A program made the translations under genes and the position numbers. This document shows, piece after piece, positions 1 to 9,543 of a stretch of DNA of 57,709 nt. The stretch's first letter is position 1, and every line of letters starts with the position of its first letter. The notes under the pieces were generated by a model that ran no database searches, was not told where the DNA came from, and worked only from the letters and a program-made list of their open reading frames with translations. The stretch is from Clostridia bacterium (GTDB taxonomy: Bacteria > Bacillota > Clostridia > TANB77 > CAG-508). The stretch covers positions 1-57,709 of the forward strand of contig JAAVZW010000010.1 in NCBI GenBank assembly GCA_022791835.1, written 5' to 3'.

Positions 1-221
1 ATTAGGTTTAAAAGTATTGAAAAACTATACTTAAAATGATAATATATAAATATGAGAAATGTTTGAAAATCTAATAAAATTACAAATAGATGTCTAAAAA
101 TATTGAAATCTTGGGAAATCCCCAGAATCAAAAACTCATACAAAATGCAAAAAAATATTTTATATTTGTATAAAGTATGCTATACTATTTATATAAAGAA
201 AATCTAAAAAATGGAATTGTT

Positions 222-554
222 ATGAATAAAAAAATATACACGATTGAAGAAATAAAAGCGATATTAGAAGAAGTATTAAAAAATAGTCCTGTTTATAGTG
301 TTATTTTATTTGGTTCGTATGCAAAAGAAATAGCAGATGAAAATAGCGATATAGACCTTATAATAGATACAAAGGAAACATTGATGGGATTCAAATTATT
401 TAGTTTGATAACAAAAATAGAAGATGCATTTAATAAACAGGTAGATGCTTTTGAGAAATCAGAAATAATTGAGAACTCTAAAATTGATGAAGAGATAAAA
501 AGGACAGGAATAGTAGTATATAAAAATGTAAAGGAGGGAGTAACAGAGTTATGA
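222..554 (+). CDS. Minimal nucleotidyltransferase (MNT) domain protein
   Basis: LFGSYA...SDIDL pol-beta-like motif; ATG 222 preferred over 177. Confidence 0.85.
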   Translation: MNKKIYTIEEIKAILEEVLKNSPVYSVILFGSYAKEIADENSDIDLIIDTKETLMGFKLFSLITKIEDAFNKQVDAFEKSEIIENSKIDEEIKRTGIVVYKNVKEGVTEL

Positions 555-895
555 AGAAGATGCCAGAGAAGATTAGCAAAAGTATAAATCAATTACTTGA
601 GTTAATTGATGAAGTATTTGGAGACAGAGTCAAAAAGGTAATATTATATGGTTCTTATGCAAGGGGAGATTATAAAAAAAATTCAGATATAGATATTATG
701 ATTTTGACAGACCTAAATAAGGACGAGTTAATAGAGTATCGTGATAGATTATGGGATTTAGCATATGATATTGAACTAGAAAATAATGTAATATTATCTC
801 CATTAGTAAAAAATATAGATAAATATAATAAAAGAATAGAAGTTATTCCATTCTATATGAATGTGCAAAAGGAAGGAGTGGTATTGTATGGGTGA
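551..895 (+). CDS. Second MNT-domain protein
   Basis: LYGSYARGD...SDIDI motif; overlaps previous stop (ATGA). Confidence 0.88.
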   Translation: MKKMPEKISKSINQLLELIDEVFGDRVKKVILYGSYARGDYKKNSDIDIMILTDLNKDELIEYRDRLWDLAYDIELENNVILSPLVKNIDKYNKRIEVIPFYMNVQKEGVVLYG

Positions 896-1285
896 AGAGG
901 TAGATGTTATTGCTTTTGCTAAATATAGATTAGAGAGAGCAAAAGAAGATTTGTCAGATGCAGAATATAACTACAAAGATAGTAAAACAATAGAGCCTAT
1001 TATTCTATTTTTCATGCAATTAGAGCAATATTAGCATTAGAAAGGATAGATTTTAAAAGACATAAAGATGTACTTGCATATTTTAATCAATATTATGTTA
1101 ATACTGAAAAATTCCCCAAAATAATGGGTAAAAAAATAGCACAAGCAAGAAAAGTTAGAGAAGATAGTGACTATGACGATGAATTTGAGCCAACAGATGA
1201 ACAAACAAAAATGCAAATAGAAACAGCAAGAGAATTGATAAAACTTGTAGAAGAATATTTAGAGAAAATATGGGAAAGTAATTAA
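888..1285 (+). pseudogene. HEPN-domain protein, disrupted by a non-CGG -1 frameshift/deletion near 984-990
   Basis: MGEEVDVIAFAKYRLERAKEDL... continues in the -1 frame as NNRAYYSIFHAIRAILAL...RKVREDSDY...*; typical partner of MNT. Confidence 0.75.
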
Positions 1286-1465
1286 ATGATAAGTAAAAAC
1301 AAAGAAAACAATGTAATTATTATAAATGTGGAAGATTATAGAAAGAGAAATTTGGACAAAAAGATAGAAAAGCATTTGTTAAAATCAGAAGAAGATATAA
1401 AAATGGGAAAAACTAGAAATGCAAGGGAAGTATTTAAGGAATTTGAAGAAAAATACGGTTTCTAA
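1286..1465 (+). CDS. Short Phd/YefM-like antitoxin (possibly N-truncated, 59 aa)
   Basis: MISKNKENNVIIINVEDY...SEEDIKMGKTRNAREVFKEFEEKYGF resembles the Phd/YefM C-terminal half; no toxin follows. Confidence 0.5.
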   Translation: MISKNKENNVIIINVEDYRKRNLDKKIEKHLLKSEEDIKMGKTRNAREVFKEFEEKYGF

Positions 1466-1482
1466 AAAGTTTCTAACATTAG

Positions 1483-2059
1483 GACTTTACCCCTGTGTGT
1501 ACAACAGAGATAATAGCTTTTGCAAAAGCAAATACATATTTTGAAAAATTAAATACTTGTTTAATTGGGCTAAGTGTAGATAGCAATCCATCACACTTAG
1601 CATGGTTAGATAGTATATACAAAAAAACAGGAATAGTCGTACCATTCCCAATAATAGCGGATTTAAATGGAACTATTGCAAGAAGATATGGAATGATATC
1701 TAATGAGGTAAATCCAAATGTAACAGTAAGAAATGTATTTATAATAGACGACAAAGGTGTAGTAAGAACAATATTAATTTACCCAATGAATGTAGGAAGA
1801 TGCATACCAGAAATATTAAGAGCAGTAGAAGCACTACAAACAGCAGACAAAACAGGAATGTCAACACCTGCAAATTGGACTCCACGGAAATCCATTAATA
1901 GTTGCGCCACCACAAACATTTGAGAAATTACAAAAAAGACAAAAAGAAATAGAAGAAAATAGAAATGGCTTTAGTTGGTACTTAAGTTTTGCAAACAGAG
2001 AGGAAAAGAAAAAAGAAGCAAATTGTGATAGGAAAGTAGAAGAGAAAAAGATTAGATAG
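1483..2059 (+). pseudogene. Peroxiredoxin (Prx6/AhpC-type), 5'-truncated; CGG +1 site at 1885
   Basis: DFTPVCTTE active site preceded directly by in-frame TAG; CCA-CGG-A skip gives [15 protein letters not shown]...FSWYLSF to TAG 2059. Confidence 0.75.
1967..2050 (+). repeat. Imperfect direct repeat copy 1 (3' end of peroxiredoxin)
   Basis: GGCTTTAGTTGGTACTTAAGTTTTGCAAA...AAATTGTGATAGGAAAGTAG matches 2924-3000. Confidence 0.75.
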
Positions 2060-2095
2060 AAAATACCCTTGCTAAAGTAGGAATTTAAAGTGGCG

Positions 2096-2129
2096 AATAT
2101 GGCAGTCTTTAAAAGATTGTCATATTTTT
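2096..2129 (+). terminator. Intrinsic terminator
   Basis: AATATGGCAGTC/GATTGTCATATT stem plus T-run. Confidence 0.6.
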
Positions 2130-2131
2130 AT

Positions 2132-2182
2132 GTAGAAGATAATTATGCGAAACTTAGATTGTCTTAGTGAAGTATGAACTAA
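2132..2182 (-). repeat. Partial copy of dispersed ~115-bp repeat family A
   Basis: GTAGAAGATAATTATGCGAAACTTAGATT matches the core of 25375-25490 and the reverse complement of 16655-16770. Confidence 0.7.
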
Positions 2183-2309
2183 GTATAGATAGCAAGTAAT
2201 CACACGAGGAAAAGTAGAATTTGCTGAGGAAAATAGCAAATGCATACTTTATTTTTTATATATTGTGTGATAAAATAACAAAGTAAGATTGATATGGGAG
2301 GAATTTAAA

Positions 2310-2879
2310 TTGGGAAGAGTATTAAAAGTAAGAGAAATAGGAGATCCTATTTTATTAGTGAAATGTAAAGAAGTAGACTTAAACAATATTAATGAAGAAA
2401 TATTAGAAGAGATTGAAGATTTAAAAGAAACATTAAATTTTACTGAAGGTTTTGGCATTGCAGCACCACAAGCAGGAATAAATAGAAGAATAATTATTAT
2501 TCAAGTAAATAAAGAAAAATGTACATATGAAAATTGTGAAGAAGTGCCAACTACAGTAATGCTGAATCCCACTTGGAGAAAGTTATCTAATAAAACAACT
2601 ATTGAATTTGAAGGTTGCTTAAGTGTACCATCTATAAGAGGCAAAATTGAAAGATACACAGATATTGAAGTAACATATTATAATGAGCAAGGAGAAAAAA
2701 TTGTAAAAGCAGTGAGCGGATTTACTGCAAGAGATATACAACATGAATGCGATCATTTGGATGGAATTGTATTCTTAGAAAAAGTAAAAACAAATGGATT
2801 TGCTACAAAAGAAATGATAAATAAATTTAATTTAAAAGAAAATGATGAAAAAAATGAAGACGCTGCGTGCAATAACTAA
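2310..2879 (+). CDS. def: Peptide deformylase
   Basis: GIAAPQ, EGCLS and QHECDHLDG motifs; GGAGG before TTG 2310. Confidence 0.95.
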   Translation: MGRVLKVREIGDPILLVKCKEVDLNNINEEILEEIEDLKETLNFTEGFGIAAPQAGINRRIIIIQVNKEKCTYENCEEVPTTVMLNPTWRKLSNKTTIEFEGCLSVPSIRGKIERYTDIEVTYYNEQGEKIVKAVSGFTARDIQHECDHLDGIVFLEKVKTNGFATKEMINKFNLKENDEKNEDAACNN

Positions 2880-2923
2880 TCCAGCTAAAATAAAGAATAT
2901 TCTGATGCATCAGAAATAAAGAG

Positions 2924-3000
2924 GGCTTTAGTTGCTACTTAAACTTTGCAAATCTTGAAGAAAAGAAAAAATAAATTGTGATAGAAAAGTAGGAAAAAAG
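2924..3000 (+). repeat. Imperfect direct repeat copy 2 (degenerate peroxiredoxin 3' end)
   Basis: GGCTTTAGTTGCTACTTAAACTTTGCAAA...AAATTGTGATAGAAAAGTAG. Confidence 0.75.
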
Positions 3001-3077
3001 TAATTTTTTAAATTAATAATAAGTAACAAGTCAATTCCTTTTTGAATATAATGTATTATTAAACCAATGAAAAGGAG

Positions 3078-3395
3078 TTGATAGATATGATAGAAGAAAT
3101 GAAAATAAGATATAACGTTGAAGAATCATGTGGAGAAAATAGACATCCTGGATGTAGCAATAAAAAAAATAAAAGTTGTTCATGCATAGAAATAGTTATA
3201 GCAATACTTGCAGCATTATTTATAGGAGTTATTGGTATAATAATAGGCGCAGCATTAAGTGTAGTTATACTTGCAGCCCTTCCAGCTATAATAGTACTTG
3301 CAGTAGTATTACTTGTATTACTAATACTAAGTATTATAATTGCACTTTGTCTAAAATGTAAAAAAACAAAAAAATCTTGTTGCTGTTGTAGATAA
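3078..3395 (+). CDS. Small Cys-rich two-TM membrane protein
   Basis: AAGGAG RBS; long hydrophobic hairpin flanked by SCSC and CLKCKK...SCCCCR; start could be 3087. Confidence 0.7.
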   Translation: MIDMIEEMKIRYNVEESCGENRHPGCSNKKNKSCSCIEIVIAILAALFIGVIGIIIGAALSVVILAALPAIIVLAVVLLVLLILSIIIALCLKCKKTKKSCCCCR

Positions 3396-3413
3396 GATTA
3401 ATAAACTATATAA

Positions 3414-3442
3414 AAGAGGCAGGGGTACAAACCCTGCCTTTA
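3414..3442. terminator. Terminator between convergent genes
   Basis: AGGCAGGG/CCCTGCCT stem with A/T flanks. Confidence 0.7.
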
Positions 3443-3499
3443 TGTATATAAAAGCAAAATTTATACCACTACCTAAATCACGAGCTAGACTAACATAGC

Positions 3500-3706
3500 T
3501 TATTTACCTATCATTTGGTTTTCAGCTTTTTGTATTAGTTTTCTAACCATGTTACCACCGATTTTACCAGCGTCTCTTGAAGAGATATCACCGTTATAAC
3601 CGTTTTTTAGGTTAACACCTACTTCGCTAGCTACTTCATATTTGAACTTATCTAAAGCGTCCATAGCTTCTGGAACTACTTTTCTATTGTTGCTTGATGT
3701 TGCCAT
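3500..3706 (-). CDS. Alpha/beta-type small acid-soluble spore protein
   Basis: KFKYEVASEVGV...SSRDAGKIGGNMVRKLI signature; GGAGGTG RBS. Confidence 0.95.
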   Translation of the reverse strand: MATSSNNRKVVPEAMDALDKFKYEVASEVGVNLKNGYNGDISSRDAGKIGGNMVRKLIQKAENQMIGK

Positions 3707-3883
3707 AATCCAATTCACCTCCAGATAATATAAAATTGTATTTGAAAAACAAATTAACTCGTTTTTCAATATATATAATGCACCAAAAAATCAAAAATAA
3801 AACTAGAAAATATTGTAAATTTATATTGCATTAAAAAAATTGTTAATATATAATGAAAAAAACAAAACAAACGGAGGAATAAA

Positions 3884-4763
3884 ATGTACAAATTACTCGC
3901 AATAGATTTAGATGGAACATTACTTAATTCATATGGGGAAATATCAGAAACAAATAAAAAATGGGTAAAAAAAGCATTAGAGCAAGGAATAGAGATAGTT
4001 TTAACATCAGGTAGAATGGCAACGTCAGTGAAAGGAATTGCAGATGAAATAGGAGCAAATAACTATATTATTTGTCGGAAATGGTGCAATAGCATATGAT
4101 TTAAAAAATGAAAAAAACATATTTAATGGTTGTATACCAAAAGAAAAAGCACTAAGCATAATAAAAATTTGTGATGAAAATAATATATATTACACAGTAA
4201 ACACAGAAAAATATATCATATCAAAAAAACTAAAAAACAATCTTGTTTACTATTATTATGAAAACAGTAGAAAATCAGAAAAACGTATAACAAATATAAA
4301 CTTAGTAGAAAATGCAGAAAAATATATTAAAGAAAATGATGTAGGAGAAGTTACAAAAATAACAATAAGCGATGAAGATAAATCAGTATTTAATGGAATA
4401 ATTAGAAAACTAAAAGAAATAAATGGGATAAATATATTAGAAGTATCTAATATGTCTAGAAAAATAATAAAATCAGGTACAGAAACAGTAGAAATGAATT
4501 ACTTTTATACAGAAATCACAAAAGAAAATATAAACAAATGGCAAACATTAAAAAAACTTGCAAGCTATTTGAATATAGATGAAACAGAAATAGTAGCAAT
4601 AGGAGATAACATAAATGATATGGAAATGATACAAAATGCAGGATTAGGAATAATAATAGGAGAAAGCGCATTAGCTAAAAAAGAGTTAAACAAAATAATA
4701 GTATCAAGTAATGATAAAAATGGAGTAGCAGAAGCAATAGAAAATCACTTATTAAAATCTTAA
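3884..4763 (+). CDS. Cof-type HAD hydrolase (about 292 aa), CGG +1 site at 4076
   Basis: DLDGTLL motif I; TGT-CGG-A skip restores IIC-G-NGA; frame stays open to AIGDNINDMEM motif. Confidence 0.92.
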
Positions 4764-4771
4764 AATAAATA

Positions 4772-4810
4772 TTACAAAAATATTACAAAAAACCTACAAT
4801 TGCATTACAA
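4772..4810. promoter_or_regulatory. Four TTACAA-like direct repeats with 11-bp period (OmpR/PhoB-family operator)
   Basis: TTACAA 4772, 4783, 4805 and CTACAA 4794, upstream of TGTATAAT and the Tad-like operon. Confidence 0.6.
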
Positions 4811-4920
4811 AAGAGCTAAAATATTGTATGTTTCGATAAAATAATGTATAATAACAATTAAGATATATTATTCTGCCTACATAACATTTACAGGGTAGAA
4901 TACTAAGGAGGAAAAGACGT

Positions 4921-5808
4921 ATGGCAATGAATCCAATGCAAAAGAAAGCAAGAACATCATTCTTATTAGGAATGCTTTTAACACTTGTAATTACAGGAAT
5001 AATAATAGGGCTATTAATAGCACAATTATCTAAAATAAAAAAAGAAGAAGCAGCAATACAATATCGTGAAGTATATGTATTAAGTACTGATGTTACATCA
5101 GGAGATAATATTAATTTAAAAGGTACTTTTCAAAAAGTTAGAGCAGATTATGCACCAAATAATGCAATAACAAAAGAAAATATGGCTACATATATAAATG
5201 ATGATGCTACAGCTAAAATAGCAGTAAGAAAAGGAACAGTTTTAACTACAGATATGGTAAATTCAGAAGGAGTAGAAACAACAAAAGATGTAAGACTACA
5301 AGAATATAATATGGTAATACTACCATCACAACTAGAAGAAGGAGAAAGTGTAGATATAAGATTAAGATTGCCAAGTGGAGAAGACTATATAGTATTATCT
5401 AAAAAACATATAGAACAAACAAATAGTGATACAATATGGATAAAAGTTGCAGAACAAGAAATATTAACAATGAGTAATGCAATTGTTGAAGCCTACATAA
5501 TGGAAGGTTCATTACTATATGCAACACCTTATGTAGATGCAGGAATGCAAGGAGCATCTACACCAACATATATAGCAAAACAAGAAGTTATTAACCTGAT
5601 GAATGCTAACCCTAATATAACACATATAGCAATGAATGAATTATCACAAAGATATTCAGAAAAAGCTAGAGAGCAAAGAGCAAACATAAATAAGGCGATA
5701 GATGGATATTCAGAAAATGCACTAACAAATATAGAAACAAAGCAAGGAGAAGAAATAGAAAAAAGACAAGCAGCTAGAAAACAATATGTAGAGGGACTTG
5801 CATATTAG
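4921..5808 (+). CDS. SAF-domain CpaB/RcpC-like pilus assembly protein
   Basis: N-terminal TM, VYVLSTDVTSGD SAF-like segment, LPSQLEEGESVDIR; first gene of locus. Confidence 0.65.
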   Translation: MAMNPMQKKARTSFLLGMLLTLVITGIIIGLLIAQLSKIKKEEAAIQYREVYVLSTDVTSGDNINLKGTFQKVRADYAPNNAITKENMATYINDDATAKIAVRKGTVLTTDMVNSEGVETTKDVRLQEYNMVILPSQLEEGESVDIRLRLPSGEDYIVLSKKHIEQTNSDTIWIKVAEQEILTMSNAIVEAYIMEGSLLYATPYVDAGMQGASTPTYIAKQEVINLMNANPNITHIAMNELSQRYSEKAREQRANINKAIDGYSENALTNIETKQGEEIEKRQAARKQYVEGLAY

Positions 5809-5817
5809 AATTTTAAA

Positions 5818-5851
5818 TAGTGAGAGCAAAGGAAACTATTGCTCTCACTAT
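5818..5851 (+). terminator. Intergenic stem-loop
   Basis: ATAGTGAGAGCAA/TTGCTCTCACTAT inverted repeat. Confidence 0.55.
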
Positions 5852-5880
5852 AATACAATTTTTAGAAAGGACTATAAAGA

Positions 5881-6576
5881 ATGAAAACAGTAGGTTTTAT
5901 AGGTGGATATGATAAGATAGATTTAATGTTATATATAGCGAGAATATTAACACTAGCTAAAAAGAAAGTATTAATAATCGATGGAACAACACTACAAAAA
6001 GCTAGATATGTAGTTCCAGCGATTAATCCAACAAAAACATATATAACAGACTTTGAAGGCTTCGATGTTGCAGTAGGCTTTAAAAGTATAGACGATATAA
6101 GAGAATATTTGGGATATGGAAACAGACCATTAGACTATGATATAGCTCTTTTAGATATAGATACACCTGAAATGGCAATTAACTTTGATATAGAAAGAAA
6201 TTATAAAAATTGCTTTGTAACAGCATTTGATCTGTATTCAATAAAAAAAGGTGTAGAAATTTTAGGAATTTTCAAAAAACCAGTTAAACTAATAAAAGTA
6301 TTATTTTCAAAAAACCTACTAAAAGAAGAAAATGAATATTTAGACTATATCTCACTTGGATATAAGGTAGCCTGGGATAAAGAAATACTTAGTTTCCCAA
6401 TAGAACTTGGAAACTATAGTGTAACAATACAAAATCAGATAATATCTAGAATTAAAATCAGAAAACTAAGTGATCACTATAAGAACAGTTTATTATACTT
6501 AGTTTCAATGGTATTTGATGAAGACGTATCAACAGGAGAAGTAAAGAAAATAATTAAAACAATGGAAAGAGAATAG
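5881..6576 (+). CDS. Degenerate ParA/MinD-fold protein
   Basis: KKVLIIDG and YDIALLD strands; Walker A degenerate. Confidence 0.55.
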   Translation: MKTVGFIGGYDKIDLMLYIARILTLAKKKVLIIDGTTLQKARYVVPAINPTKTYITDFEGFDVAVGFKSIDDIREYLGYGNRPLDYDIALLDIDTPEMAINFDIERNYKNCFVTAFDLYSIKKGVEILGIFKKPVKLIKVLFSKNLLKEENEYLDYISLGYKVAWDKEILSFPIELGNYSVTIQNQIISRIKIRKLSDHYKNSLLYLVSMVFDEDVSTGEVKKIIKTMERE

Positions 6577-6618
6577 TTTACACTAAAATGCATTCTATCT
6601 AAGAAAGGAAGAAAAACA

Positions 6619-7467
6619 ATGGTAATTGTTACTTTTTGGAATAATAACACAGGCAAAATTGGACAAACTCATTCAGCACTTGCGATAGCTTCATATATGG
6701 GAGTAGAACATAACTATAAAACTTTGCTAATGGCTACAAAATATAATGATCAAGTAGCAATGCAAGCGTTCGGAGCAAATGAAAGAAAAAAGACAATCGG
6801 ATTATTTACAAATAATAAACAAACGATGGATTTAGAATCAGGAATAGAAGGAATGTCGAAACTTGCTACAGCAAATCGATTATCACCAGAGATGGTACCC
6901 AATTATACAAAGATAGTATACAAAAATAGATTAGAAGTGGTCACAGCTCCAAAAAAGAAAATGGATTTGGACTATATGAAAATTTATAGGTCATGCGAAG
7001 ACATACTAAATGTAGCAAAAAGATATTATGATATAATTTTTGTAGATTTAAATAATGGAATAGAAGATGAAACAACTAAAGAAATCTTAAAGATGTCAGA
7101 TATAGTTATACTAAATATAGAACAAAAGCTATCAGAATTTGAAAAATTAGCAGAACTAAAACAAGAAAAAGAATTATTTACAGCAAAAAATTTAATACCT
7201 ATGATTAATAGATATGATAGAAAATCTAAATATTCAAGTAAAAATGTATCAAGAGAATTAGGAGAAAAGAAAGAAATACTAACAATTCCATATAGTAATT
7301 TATTCGCAGAAGCAGTACAGGAAGGAACAGTAGCAGAATTTTTTATAAATACGAGATTGAAAAAACTTGAAGATTCAAATGATAGAACAACTTTCTTCGT
7401 ACAAGAAGTAAAAAGAGCAACAGATGCATTGATATACAAAATGCAAGAATTACAAATGAGAATTTAA
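6619..7467 (+). CDS. ParA/MinD/CpaE(TadZ)-like protein
   Basis: GKIGQT deviant Walker A, YDIIFVDL, INRYD. Confidence 0.7.
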   Translation: MVIVTFWNNNTGKIGQTHSALAIASYMGVEHNYKTLLMATKYNDQVAMQAFGANERKKTIGLFTNNKQTMDLESGIEGMSKLATANRLSPEMVPNYTKIVYKNRLEVVTAPKKKMDLDYMKIYRSCEDILNVAKRYYDIIFVDLNNGIEDETTKEILKMSDIVILNIEQKLSEFEKLAELKQEKELFTAKNLIPMINRYDRKSKYSSKNVSRELGEKKEILTIPYSNLFAEAVQEGTVAEFFINTRLKKLEDSNDRTTFFVQEVKRATDALIYKMQELQMRI

Positions 7468-7494
7468 AAAACGAAAAAGGAGGAATCTTAAGCA

Positions 7495-9502
7495 ATGAAT
7501 ATGATAAATATATTACTTATTTTGTTGGTCCTAGCAATAGCTGCTTTTATCGTTGTAAGAATATTAATAGCAAGAAAAAACGAAGAAATTGAAGAAGAAG
7601 TAGAACTAGACGACAAGACATATACACTAGAAAAGATGATAGAATTTGTAAAAAGAAGACTTGACGAAATTACAAAAATCAACCTTTATGATATAGGATT
7701 ATCAGAAGAAGAATTAAAAAGAAGAAAAAATAAAAAATATGAATTAAAAAAAGCTTTAAAAGGTTGTACATATGGAGATGTAAACGATAAAAAGTATGTA
7801 AAAGAACTTATTTTTGACTTACTTTCAAAAGAATATGGGGCAGATGAAACTAATATATCAAAAGCAATTCCTTTTGATATACCATCATTACTTACAGCAC
7901 AAGACAAGTTCGACATATTAATATATATATATAAACAACAATTTGGATATGAGGCACTAACAGAATTTATAAAAAAATATAATCTTGCATCACTTAAATA
8001 TGTAGCAGGAGAAGCAAAACCATGCTATGTCATCACAGCAGAAGAAATAGACGACATATTTGAAAAAGAAGATATTAGGCTTACATATGATGACAAATTA
8101 AGCATAGTAACACAAAGAATATATCAAAGTTACAAAGGCTATAGTAGTATAGATGAAATAAGAGACATGAATATAGATGGTGTATCAGGTGGTGTATCAG
8201 GACTTCCAGAAAGTTTCTTAAGCCAAGTTGCACAAACAGATGGAGACTATCTAGATCAAATACTAGAAAATAAAGTACCAAGAGCATGTGATAGTATATG
8301 GATATTCTTCCAAGGTAAATCAATAAGACTAGCATTCTTAAGCTTTGGAACTGAAAGTGAACTAAAAAGAGTATGTCAAAATATATATAAATACAATAAT
8401 CCAGGACAATTATCAGATTCAAATGGTTATAAAATAAATGAAATGAAGGATGGTTCACGTGTTGTTGTAGTTAGACCATCAATGTCAGAAACATGGGCAT
8501 TCTTTGTCAGAAAATTTGACGTAAAGAGAGCAACACTAGAACAAATAATTACATATGAAGGAAAAGAAAAAGCAATAGAATTACTTAAATACTTAGTAAA
8601 AGGGGCAAGAATTCTGTCTCTTACAGGGGAACAAGGTTGTGGTAAAACAACAATGCTAATGGCAATGATAGAAAATATATATGAGACAATGAATATAAGA
8701 GTTCAAGAAACTGCTTTTGAGCTTCACTTAAGAAAAATATATCCAACAAGAAACATATTATCATTCAGAGAAACAGAAACAGTTTCAGGACAAGAAGGAC
8801 TAGATGTTCAAAAGAAAACTGACGGTTCTGTAAACATCATTCGGAGAGGTTGCAACAGACCCTGTAGCATCTTGGATGATACAAGCAGCTCAAGTAGCAT
8901 CTAAGTTTACATTATTTACACACCACGCTAAGACTTTCCCAAACTTAGTTACAGCACTTAGAAACTCAATGCTTAGAACAGGTGTATTCAAAGATGAAAA
9001 AACAGCTGAAGAGCAAGTTATACAAGTATTAAACTTTGATATCCACTTAGTAAAAGACTTTAGAGGAAGAAGATATATAGAGAGAATTACAGAATGTATA
9101 CCAGTAGAAAACAAAAATGAATATACATATGAACATAGAAATGAAAAAACACTCGAAGGAAAATTAGACAAATTTATGGATAATGCAACACGTTATTTCT
9201 CAAAGATAACAGATAGAGAAACTTATAAATATGTAAATATTCTAGAATACGTTGACGATAGCTATGTAATTACAAATAAAATATCAGACACAAACCTTAT
9301 AGAAATGAGAAATAATATGGACGATGCAGACATAGAAGGGTTTGATAAATTTGTAGAAGAAAACTGGGGAGTAAGAGTAAAAGACGGATTTGCAGGAGTA
9401 GAAAAAATAGAGAAAACCAAAACAAGACAAACGAAGCAAGTTAAAGAAGAAAAGAAAGAACCCAAGAAGACAACAAGGAAAAAGCAAACAGCAAAAAAAT
9501 AG
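7495..9502 (+). CDS. CpaF/TadA-family secretion ATPase (about 668 aa), CGG +1 site at 8842
   Basis: GEQGCGKT Walker A; ATT-CGG-A skip restores Walker B NII-G-EV and His box FTHHA. Confidence 0.88.
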
Positions 9503-9543
9503 AAATTAAATGCAAAAGCTAAAGGAGGTGCCAAAAGAATACT

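Noticed and set aside
984-990. HEPN frameshift as another programmed site
   Set aside because: It is a -1 shift with no CGG and seems to lack several residues, so it is treated as an ordinary lesion.
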